Both the position numbers and the translations under genes were made by a program. This document shows, piece by piece, positions 9,501 through 18,044 of a DNA stretch of 32,000 nt. How positions within the stretch are numbered: the stretch's first letter is position 1; each line of letters begins with the position of its first letter. The stretch is from Halomicronema hongdechloris C2206 (lineage in GTDB: Bacteria > Cyanobacteriota > Cyanobacteriia > Phormidesmidales > Phormidesmidaceae), in assembly GCF_002075285.3 (NCBI RefSeq), contig NZ_CP021983.2, positions 2,310,001-2,342,000 on the forward strand, written 5' to 3'. The notes below the pieces were generated by a model. That model was not told the DNA's origin and made no database searches. It saw only the letters and a program-made list of their open reading frames with translations.

Positions 9501-11603
9501 TTAGGCTTTCATCACCTCATAGAGCACCCGCGATAGTTCTCGTCGCTGTAACCACTGATTATCTCGAGGGGTACGGGCAAAGGCTAGATCCAGCACCTCG
9601 GGGGCAGCTCGTTGAATTAAAAATCCCAATTGTTTCCGGGTCATGGGCTGATCTGGGGCAAAGCGATTGCCACCGACACCGGCAATTAATCCATGGCTAT
9701 GGAGGGTTTCTATCACCTCGTAGGCCCAATGGCCGCCAGGGGGAACATCTAAAAAGGTGGGTCGAGGCGGCGTTTTCTTCTCTAGGCCCAATAAATTGAC
9801 CAGAGCCGCGGCGACCACCGCCCTGGAGACGCTGCCATGGGGACGGAAGTGCAGGGTTTTTAGGCTTTCACTGCGAACAACGTTGGCGGTGGCTAGCACC
9901 TGAATCGCTTCAAAGTCAGGATCGTCATGGGCGACATCGTTAAACCAGAAAATGGGAATGCCATTGCGGGTGAGAAATCCTTGGATTTTGCGGATGTGAG
10001 CCTGATCGGTGGCTAAGACCCGAGGCGCTAAACCAGTCCAGACTGCAAACACGGCCAGAAAACCGCTGGCCTCGCCGATGGCCCACTCTACCGGATGCAT
10101 GCGGTAGGCAGCATTGGTGATATGGGTGGTGCCCAAGCTCTTGGCCGAGAGCACGAGACCGTCGGTATTGAAAGGGACTAAAGCTCCCAGAGGTAGGGTG
10201 AAGGGTAAGGCCACTACTTCTTTGCCCTTAGGTGAGACATGGCCGGGTTCGTCATTGCCGTGGAGATCTAGGTAATGGTACTGGCCAATGCCGACGGAAT
10301 CACTGAAGCAGCGAGCCCGAGCCTGATCCGGGAAAAAGCGCTCGGCTACGTCCTCATGGCGAATGGTAGTCAGGGCTACGCCGCGCCGCGCTTCCCGTAC
10401 ATAGGGCTCTAGGGCAATGCCATCGCTGGTCCAGGTGAGGTCTCCCCGGGGCTTCAGATCGGCCACCCCGTTGGTCTGCAGAAAGTGAATATAGGCTTGG
10501 GTGCGGTGCCGAGCCCGCTGACTGTGTTTTTGCCGTTCCTCGCGGCTGACGCCCACCAGCCGCCCGGGACGATAGTCGTTACCGCAGCAGAAAGTGCGAT
10601 CCGGCTCCGAAGAGGTGCCCCAATTGATTACCGTCACGTCGCCGGGGACCACTGCTTTCTCGTAGAGCATGGAGCGTTTCAGGCGACGATAGCGAAAGAT
10701 GCCGAAGTCGCTAAAGAAATCCCATTTCTGCCATTTCCCTTGGCCATCTTTGGTCCAAAATCGGCTGGTGAATTCGTGGATGTTTAGCCAGGGATCTTGG
10801 TCATAGCCTGGGGGGGCACCAATAGGTTTACCCTGGCCCGAAGGCGTCCGTTCCACTATCACATCGAAGGTAATCGATTGCTGACACTGGGGCCGAGGCT
10901 CGTCGGGCAGGATGGCCTCTCCGGTTTGAAAGCGAGCCTCTTGACCGACTCGAGAGTCAATCTCGCCGATGTCGAGTAAATCACCTAGATCAGTGGCTTC
11001 TAGGGTGACCTTGGCCATCACCGTAAACTGGTGACCGCGCTGGCGATCGTGGCAGACTACCCCGGTTACCTGGCGGCGCTGGCTCGACTCAGAAGACACC
11101 TGCTCAAACAACACCTCCACGGGATCTGCCCAGGGAATCAGCCGTAACTGGCCATTATTTAGATAGGGACTGATGGCCTCATTCATGGCTGTGGCGGCCA
11201 CCACCGGGGTGGTGGCAAAGGGGCTGACCCAGCCGCCACCAGGATTGGGATCCCGACGGCCGTTGACGGGTTGCAGCTCTCGCTGTCGTTCCCGAAAGGC
11301 TCGCTGGCTGCGGGAGATGGCAAATTGTTCGCCATCTAGGGCCACAAGGGTGGCCCGTTGCCGCAGTAAATCGCCATCGTCGGAGGCTGGCAGGGCTTGG
11401 GCCGTAAACTGTCCCCCGACGACAGCCTGGGGCTGTACCAAGCAGACATCGACATTGGCTCGCAGGGCCGTCAGAGTAGCGCTGTAGGCGGCAGTGGAGC
11501 CCCCTACCACCAGAATGGAACAGGTTAGGACTTCCCCTGGCTGTGGTCGGGTGAAGACATGGTCAGCAAAGATCCCATTGTGCTGCAATACAGGACCCGG
11601 CAT
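9501..11603 (-). CDS. FAD-dependent oxidoreductase-like protein with a single C-terminal S-layer homology (SLH) domain
   Basis: 700-aa ORF. The N-terminal dinucleotide-binding motif is ILVVGGSTAAYSA. The C-terminal stretch FLDVPPGGHWAYEVIETLHSHGLIAGVGGNRFAPDQPMTRKQL fits the SLH consensus (about nt 9600-9770). Confidence 0.75.
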   Translation of the reverse strand: MPGPVLQHNGIFADHVFTRPQPGEVLTCSILVVGGSTAAYSATLTALRANVDVCLVQPQAVVGGQFTAQALPASDDGDLLRQRATLVALDGEQFAISRSQRAFRERQRELQPVNGRRDPNPGGGWVSPFATTPVVAATAMNEAISPYLNNGQLRLIPWADPVEVLFEQVSSESSQRRQVTGVVCHDRQRGHQFTVMAKVTLEATDLGDLLDIGEIDSRVGQEARFQTGEAILPDEPRPQCQQSITFDVIVERTPSGQGKPIGAPPGYDQDPWLNIHEFTSRFWTKDGQGKWQKWDFFSDFGIFRYRRLKRSMLYEKAVVPGDVTVINWGTSSEPDRTFCCGNDYRPGRLVGVSREERQKHSQRARHRTQAYIHFLQTNGVADLKPRGDLTWTSDGIALEPYVREARRGVALTTIRHEDVAERFFPDQARARCFSDSVGIGQYHYLDLHGNDEPGHVSPKGKEVVALPFTLPLGALVPFNTDGLVLSAKSLGTTHITNAAYRMHPVEWAIGEASGFLAVFAVWTGLAPRVLATDQAHIRKIQGFLTRNGIPIFWFNDVAHDDPDFEAIQVLATANVVRSESLKTLHFRPHGSVSRAVVAAALVNLLGLEKKTPPRPTFLDVPPGGHWAYEVIETLHSHGLIAGVGGNRFAPDQPMTRKQLGFLIQRAAPEVLDLAFARTPRDNQWLQRRELSRVLYEVMKA

Positions 11604-11836
11604 AGCTGTGCCTCACGGTGAACGATTACATTTGTCAGGTAGCTTAGGACGTTGAACATTGCTCATATGCTTAGACTAGGGAGCTACCTGACCGCAACCG
11701 TGCACGGTTGCTATGGATGCTGATGATTCTAGCTGTTAGCCCTGCCATTGGACGATAGGGGCTACCCAGTAGACTGGGGCATGAGGTTGGCGACTAGTGG
11801 TTGGCTGGGGCAGGAATGGTCGGTTGATTGCTGCCA

Positions 11837-12625
11837 TTAGGGCCGAGGAGAGGAATTAGGCTGGGGCTGTCGTCGGTAGCGACTCCAGGCCAGAGTCACT
11901 AGGACAAAAATGGCGGCGATGACCGCTACCAACCAAATCCCTGTGATGTCGCCATGGCGAACGGCAATGGCCCCATAGGCCCAAACCAGTACCAAGGTAA
12001 AGGCAGCATCTCGGCGTTGCCAGGCTACCAGGGCTCCGATTAGGGCACTGACGCCGAGCATGATGCCGGTCCAGGGCACTGCCGCGGCAGTGTAGCCAGC
12101 GGCATAGAGGGCGCAGGCCACATTGACGATGGTGGCCACAGTAATCCAGGCAAAGTAGATACTGATGGGAACTTGGGCAAACCAGCGCCGCCGCCAGGAG
12201 GAACGACCAACGCCGATGTCTAGGTTGAGATAACTGACCATGAGGGCGAGCCAGATCACGGCCATGGCCACGGTGGAGGCGCCGAACCACTGGCTGGTAA
12301 AGAGAAAGATCCAGACAATCTGGGCTAGGCAGGCAGTGATTAACCAGCGATTCACCTGTCGTAGGGCTGGATCGCGGCGTTGGGCGGCTCCCAATTGATA
12401 GAGGCCATAGGCAATGAGTCCGACATAGATCACTCCCCAGATAACGAAGGCGTAATTGGCCGGCGTGATTAAGACCCCATCTAGGGTCGTGTTGGCGATT
12501 TCTCCGACGGTTTGGCCTCCAGGGGGAATGATGTTGGAGAGGGTGTTGATGGCCAGGGTGGCAATGATGGCCAGTAGCGTTGCAATGGAAAGCCCGAGCC
12601 CTGAGTTTAACCGCGATGGTTTCAT
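11837..12625 (-). CDS. Trp-rich multi-pass membrane protein, possibly TspO/MBR-related
   Basis: 262-aa ORF with about 7 hydrophobic helices. Segments PANYAFVIWGVIY and YFAWITVATIVN resemble TspO-family helices. The family assignment comes from motif memory only. Confidence 0.55.
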   Translation of the reverse strand: MKPSRLNSGLGLSIATLLAIIATLAINTLSNIIPPGGQTVGEIANTTLDGVLITPANYAFVIWGVIYVGLIAYGLYQLGAAQRRDPALRQVNRWLITACLAQIVWIFLFTSQWFGASTVAMAVIWLALMVSYLNLDIGVGRSSWRRRWFAQVPISIYFAWITVATIVNVACALYAAGYTAAAVPWTGIMLGVSALIGALVAWQRRDAAFTLVLVWAYGAIAVRHGDITGIWLVAVIAAIFVLVTLAWSRYRRQPQPNSSPRP

Positions 12626-12639
12626 GATCTCCTAAAGGT

Positions 12640-12661
12640 ACGGAATAGATACGGAATAGAT
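12640..12661. repeat. Tandem 11-bp direct repeat in a divergent promoter region
   Basis: acggaatagat occurs twice back to back (12640-12650 and 12651-12661), followed by the partial acacggtat. The repeat starts 15 nt upstream of the start codon of the TspO-like gene. Confidence 0.85.
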
Positions 12662-12797
12662 ACACGGTATATCGATCCTGCCAGGGTGTGGAGGACAACA
12701 GTTCTAGAGACTGACAGGTATGATGGGCTAGGAGGTTGACCTGCCACTGAGGCATTGGTTTGCATATTGGGCTTTGGCTGCAGGCATTAGCAGGTTC

Positions 12798-14054
12798 GTG
12801 GCTGCTGGGGGGTGGGACTGAGCGTGCTGGTCGTCCTCTATCTCTTTTGGCGCCTTCCGGCGTCAGTTCCGCTATCACCTGAATCGGCTGCCGTCGCCCC
12901 AGTCTACTGATTTTGACTTCACCCTGGCCTGTCTGTCTGACTCGTTTATTACCCAGGGCCAGGCCACGCAATTCTGGATCGGGTCCGATGCGATCTACCG
13001 GGCTCGCTTAGATGCGATCGCATCGGCCCAACGCTCCATCCTATTTGAGACCTTTTACATGAGCCCGGGGCGACGGGCGGATGAATTCGCCCAGGCACTG
13101 ATTCATAAGGCTCAGCAGGGGGTGCAGGTTAAGCTCATCGCCGATAGCTACGGGGTCAAGTCACTGCCCTCTCGCACTGGAAGACCCTGCGCCAGGCGGG
13201 ATTCAGGTGGGGCTTTTTTCAATCGCTTCAACTGGCGCTCTCCCCTAGATTATCTGGACCGTACCCATCGCAAGTTACTGCTGGTGGATGAGTGCCTGGG
13301 CCCTGATCGGCGGGGCTGGTGTCTCCGATTTGTGGGATCAGCCCCCATCGTCGGCGGCCATCACCCCTGGTTGGACTTCGAAATCGCCCTGGAGGGGGAG
13401 GTGGTCTCGGTGCTACGGGGCATTTTCCTGCAGCACTGGCTAGACACCCGCGGTCGAGTCGACTTTCAACACCGTAACCTCACCTCCAGCCCTACCCGCT
13501 ATCCCCGCATTCTGGTCACCCCCAGGGGAGGACCCCACCTATCGCATTCCTCCATTCGCTCCCTGTTGCAGGTGGCGATCATGGCGGCGGAGCACCGGGT
13601 CTGGATTGCCAGTCCCTATTTCTTGCCCGACCTCAATACCCGCCACGAAATGATTGCCGCCCAAAACCGGGGCGTAGACATTCGCATCCTGACCATGGGC
13701 CCCCTGACCGATAAGCCTTTTGTCTACCATGCGGCTCAGTGCCGCTACCGGCAATTACTGCAGGCAGGGATTGCCATCCATGAGTATCAACCCAGTATGA
13801 TGCACAGCAAGCTGCTGCTGCTGGACGATATCTGGGTCAGTATCGGCAGTGCCAACTTCGACCCCCGCAGCTTCTTTCACAACGATGAACTCAACTTGAC
13901 TACGGCGGAGCCCCAGCTGTTTAGCCAAGTAGAACAGTTCTTTAAGCGGGCCTTAACGGCTTGCGATCGCATCACCCCCGAGAGCTTAGCCCAACGACCC
14001 TGGACCCACCGCCTGATTGGCCAGAGCAGTCTGCTGTTTTACTGGCATCTCTAG
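12798..14054 (+). pseudogene. Phospholipase D / cardiolipin synthase-like gene (two HKD motifs) with multiple frameshifts
   Basis: The 331-aa ORF 13059..14054 carries HRKLLLVD (HKD1) and an intact HSKLLLLDDIWVSIGSANFDPRS (HKD2). PLD-like sequence continues upstream in frame (AFRRQFRYHL...ILFETFY) with no start codon. A TM-like N-terminus (VLVVLYLFWR) lies in another frame. Conserved-looking segments HWKTLRQAG, IQVGLF and SAWALIGGAGVSDLWD lie in alternative frames inside the ORF. Confidence 0.7.
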
Positions 14055-14715
14055 AAGCGATAGGGCTGATCCTGCACCCACAACCGGATCGGCACGGCCT
14101 GGCCCGGCCATCCACCTTCACCTCCCGCCACTAGGGCCTGGGGATCGCGGCTTTGGGTCTGGGCAATGGTCTGATTGATCTGCTGCCGTTGGTTCTCCGG
14201 CAGATAATAACTCTCCAAGCCGTAGCGAACCTGTCCTGTCTGGGTAATCCATCCTTGCAGGGCCACCTGATTCTGAGCCAGGTCCGTCGGTCGTTGTCGA
14301 CTCAGCCGCTGCGGCTGCCAGGGGGTCGGTCGGCTCCGAGCTCGCGTCAGACGAGCCCGCGGTATCAGGGGCCTGCAACACTAGATAAAAGCGACCAGCA
14401 GTGCCCGCGCCAGCCAAGACATCTCCCCCTGGCAATTGCTGCAGTTGGGATAGATCAGACACCTGATAACTCAACGTCTGAGAATACCCCCGCAGGACAT
14501 CATAGGGATCCACCGGCACCGTCTGTAGCACCACCGTCGTCCCGGTCACAAAGGTATAGGCATTCTGGGCTGGCACCGTCACTACCAGGGCGATCTGCAC
14601 CAGCAGCGGGGCCCAAAACCGCCAGATCTGCCGCCGTTTGACCGGAGCCGCCGTGGTGTCGGTGGGCTCAGGGTGAGGGGTGGGGATGACGAGTATGGAT
14701 AGGGTGTTGGGTCAT
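14051..14715 (-). pseudogene. GDYXXLXY-domain protein, split by probable frameshifts
   Basis: An ATG at 14715 has an AGGAG 5-6 nt upstream, and this frame stops after 15 codons. The main frame (ORF 14118..14600) contains VPVDPYDVLRGYSQTLSY. The C-terminal part (RYGLESYYLPE, ORF 14051..14266) is in a third frame. The shifts fall at G/C runs near 14677-14685 and 14321-14325. Confidence 0.65.
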
Positions 14716-14748
14716 GGCAATCGTCTCCTGAGTATGGTCATGGCGAGG

Positions 14749-16146
14749 TCATGATGACACCGTGGGGCGCACCTGGCGCTCAAACCAGATTCCGGCCCCG
14801 ATCATCGCTACCCCACAGAGGGCAAAGGCCAACGCCTTCAGCAATAAAATCCGTGTTGTACTCCAAAGTGCGGCTGAGGATGCCCACCACCAACAGCCCC
14901 ATGCCACTCCAGAACCAGCCGCGGCTGCCCAACGCCAAGCCATCCCGCAATAACCCCAGGGCCAAGCCAAATAGCAACAGGTTATAAATCAACGGCGCCC
15001 ATAGGGGCAGCGGCATCAGCTGTCGATGCCACAGCACAGTCCCCGCCGCCACCACAATCACCCCGGCCACAGTGCCACTGTGGAGAGCCCAGCTAGGCCA
15101 CTGCCGTTGCTGCCAACCTTGGCGAAGGATGGCCACCCAGCCCAATGCCGCCACCACGCTGAGTACCATCACACTCACCAGCATGGGCCAGGACTGGGGC
15201 TGCGACCGGCCCCAAATGGTGCCATAGTCTCGCCAGAGGCCATGGAAGGCCAGCAGATAAGTCATCCCAGCCAGATAGGCCACCGCCAGGGCCCGACTCA
15301 CCGGTTGAAACCGCCAAGAGGTGCCGGAGGGCTGACGGCGCTGCCGCCATTGCCAGAGGGTATCCCCATAGGCCCACAGCCAGGCCGGGGGAAGACCCAC
15401 CGCCAGAGCCCACAGCCAGCCACTGCCGTAATCCCGGGCCAGCACCAAGAGGTTACCTACTAACGCCCACGTTACCGCCGCCGCCGCCAGGCCGAATAGC
15501 CAGCGAGAACGACAGCGGTAAGCCAGAGGCAACCATAGTCCTGCCAAGACCAGCGGCATCTGCTGCAACACGAGTCGCCAGCCGGAGGGCATGCTACCTC
15601 CCCAGTCGAGGGTCCCTAACTGATAGCCAATGGTCAGCAGCAGCAATGCCAGGATGCCTAAAGAGACCAGCTCTAGACCGTAGGCCATGGCCAGTACCCC
15701 CAGCCCCCAGACCAGAAACAACTCGTAGAGATTGCCACTCTGATGAAACATCTGGGACATCAGGCCCAAGGTAGCGCCCAGGACTAGAGCCCCCAGCAAT
15801 AGCAAGCCATGGCCCCAGGGTGCGTCCCGATTGAGTCGGGGGGCGCCGCCACAGATAAAACCCCGCCGTATTGACGCCGATCAACAGGCTCAGCAGCAAC
15901 ACGACCCGCACCGCCCGGGGCCATCCCTGCCAATTCGCCGCCACATAGGTAATGACGCCCAACCCCAGCAAGATACCGCCTAGGCCCATCAGGATAAACA
16001 CGAAACGATGCTTGGCATCGCTTTCCAGGGCGTGAAAACTGATAGCGGACCGCCAGCTGCTCATACTGGTCCGCATCGATAACTCCCTGCTGCCACCAGC
16101 TTTCGGCTTCTTGTCGCAGCTGGCGGCGAAATTTCTCAGACACCAT
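14749..16146 (-). pseudogene. DUF2157-like integral membrane protein, split into four reading-frame segments
   Basis: Four same-strand segments read as one membrane protein: MVSEKFRRQLRQEAESWWQQGVIDADQYEQLAVRYQF, then SFHALESDAKHRFVFILMGLGG...FYLWRRPP, then LNRDAPWGHGLLLLGALVLG...LEYNTD, then LLLKALAFALCGVAMIGAGIWFER. The junctions fall at runs A4 (16035-16038), G6 (15838-15843) and A4 (14846-14849). Confidence 0.65.
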
Positions 16147-16171
16147 GGCTAATGGGTAGGCTAACGTCGGG

Positions 16172-16486
16172 TTAGGCCCGGGCAGAGCGAGCCATCTTGG
16201 TCAACCGCTGCAGCAGCGGCCGCAGGGCCGTCGGCGCTGACGTATCAGTGGTTTCGACGGTATGCTGCCGCCCGTTATCCTTGACGGTCAGAGTATAGGT
16301 AAATTGATCCGCCGCCCCCGGTGCGGTTGCCGTCAGGTTGGCAGGTTGGCTAAAAAAGTTCGCCACCGAGACCAACTCTTTGATTTCGTAGGCTTCATTG
16401 GCTGGCAGAGAGTCTGTGTCTACCGACAGGGTCGTGGCCATGCCAGCGAAGCCCCCCCGGCGTTCGAAGTCAATCTGCATGGTCAT
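16172..16486 (-). CDS. Emfourin-like protein inhibitor of protealysin-type M4 proteases
   Basis: 104-aa ORF located 90 nt downstream of the M4 protease gene on the same strand. The N-terminal FERRGGFAGM, the GAADQFTYTLTV segment and the overall size match my recollection of the emfourin (M4in) family. Confidence 0.7.
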   Translation of the reverse strand: MTMQIDFERRGGFAGMATTLSVDTDSLPANEAYEIKELVSVANFFSQPANLTATAPGAADQFTYTLTVKDNGRQHTVETTDTSAPTALRPLLQRLTKMARSARA

Positions 16487-16576
16487 CCTCTACTGGCCCC
16501 ATCCCCATGGTGAATCAACTCTGATCAGGCTGCCATCGGCACTAGGCCGATTCATCATCCGTCAGCTCAGCTCTCG

Positions 16577-17752
16577 TTATCGCTGCATGAAGAAGTACTT
16601 GAGGGGATTGGTAGCGGTATTGAGGCAGCCATTGCCAGCCGGGGCTGCCACCCCCACCCCCACCTCGCTCCAGCCCTTGCGCACCGCTTGCTGCTCCAAA
16701 CTGCCCTGACCAAACAGGTCAGCGGCTACCAGCAGGGTTTGTCGGGCCGCCTCTTGAAAATCAGCCGTCTGCCCCAGCTTGTCCCGCAGGGTGATGTACC
16801 AGATGCGACCCGCCTTCTCCCAGGCATAGCCGCCGATGTCCAGGGCGGCGATGTAAAAGGCTCGGTTGGGAATGCCGGAGTTGATATGGACGCCGCCATT
16901 GTCATCGGGTCCGGTATAGATATCGTCCATGTGGGCAGGCTGGGGATCTCTCCCCAAGCGAGGGTCATCATAGGCCGTCCCCGGCGCCTTCATGGAACGA
17001 ATCCCCTTGGCATTGACATTTTGGGTGAAGAGGCCAGCCCCAATCAGCCAATCGGCCTCCTTAGCAGTCTGGTGGTTGACCCGTTGGTTGACCAAAGCCC
17101 CGAAGACATCAGAGAAGGATTCATTCAGCGCCCCGGGTTGATTCCGATACACCAGCCCCGCTTCAAACTGAGTCACCCCATGGGTCATTTCATGGGCGAT
17201 GATATCCAGGGCAATGGTGAAACGATTGAAGAGGCGCTCATCCTCTGGCAGGTCTTCGTCACCATCACCGTAGGTCATCTGCTCCCCATTCCAGAAGGCG
17301 TTGTCGTAGCCGACGCCGTAATGCACGGTGGAGATTAAATCCATGCCTTGGTTGTCGATGGAGTGACGCCCATAGATCTCCTGGTACAGGTCATAGGTGG
17401 CGCCAGAGCCATCGTAGGCCTCATCGATGGCGGCATCGCCAGTGGCCGGATCTCCTTCTCCACGCACCTTTCTGCCAGGCAGTGTCGTATTTTGGTCGGC
17501 GGTATAGACGAGCCGCTGTTTAGTGGCAGCAGCCGCCTGAGCCCTGTGACGCTCGACGAGTTCTGCGATCTGCTGGCGCTGGCCGCGAAATTGCCCGGCT
17601 CGAATCAGCTCTTGGCGAGCTCGCTCCTGTTGAATGGGACTCCCTTTGTCGGCAATCTCCTTGAGAATGTAGGACGGTACGATACATTCCCGCGGGTTGA
17701 GGTGACAGCTGTGAAAAGGGCGATGGTGATGGGGGTAATAATGGGCGGCCAT
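16577..17752 (-). CDS. M4 (thermolysin-family) zinc metallopeptidase, protealysin-like
   Basis: 391-aa ORF. The zinc motif is HEMTHGV with the third ligand in GALNESFSD. GGVHINSGIPN is also present. A short N-terminal propeptide carries CIVPSYILKEIA, which resembles the PPL motif of protealysin-like proteases. No signal peptide is visible. Confidence 0.9.
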   Translation of the reverse strand: MAAHYYPHHHRPFHSCHLNPRECIVPSYILKEIADKGSPIQQERARQELIRAGQFRGQRQQIAELVERHRAQAAAATKQRLVYTADQNTTLPGRKVRGEGDPATGDAAIDEAYDGSGATYDLYQEIYGRHSIDNQGMDLISTVHYGVGYDNAFWNGEQMTYGDGDEDLPEDERLFNRFTIALDIIAHEMTHGVTQFEAGLVYRNQPGALNESFSDVFGALVNQRVNHQTAKEADWLIGAGLFTQNVNAKGIRSMKAPGTAYDDPRLGRDPQPAHMDDIYTGPDDNGGVHINSGIPNRAFYIAALDIGGYAWEKAGRIWYITLRDKLGQTADFQEAARQTLLVAADLFGQGSLEQQAVRKGWSEVGVGVAAPAGNGCLNTATNPLKYFFMQR

Positions 17753-18044
17753 GCGCTACATCTCCTGGTAAAAAAACGGCGGCAAAATGGTTCTAACGTC
17801 AGTCTTTAGGAGCCAGTATTCAGGAGAAACCGAAAGACAGAATTGGGGGTCTTGCCCATCGTCTATTGCCTAGCTCCTACTGCGTGTCTCTTGCATTCTT
17901 GCCTAGTCAGTTCTTCGAGTTGTAAGTGGTTAGCCAGTTGATTTGGGTATAAATCAGTGCAGTTCTGATGGAATGATTACTGCACTAGTTAGCGTGCGAT
18001 CGCAATTGACCTAGCCACCCCATTTTTATGCAGTGCCCAAGGCT

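Noticed and set aside
11856-12971. A 371-aa minus-strand ORF overlapping the TspO-like gene in another frame and extending across the intergenic region
   Set aside because: The translation is Arg/Pro/His/Gly-rich and low in complexity, as expected for an off-frame reading of GC-rich DNA. The alternative frame gives a coherent multi-helix membrane protein. No motif is recognisable.
14153-15463. Plus-strand ORFs 14153..14641, 14751..14987, 14762..14953 and 15026..15463, and minus-strand ORF 15093..15413
   Set aside because: They are antisense to, or out of frame with, the GDYXXLXY and DUF2157-like genes. Their translations are Pro/Arg/Ser-rich with no structure. The same-strand overlapping ORFs are better explained as frameshifted pieces of one gene.
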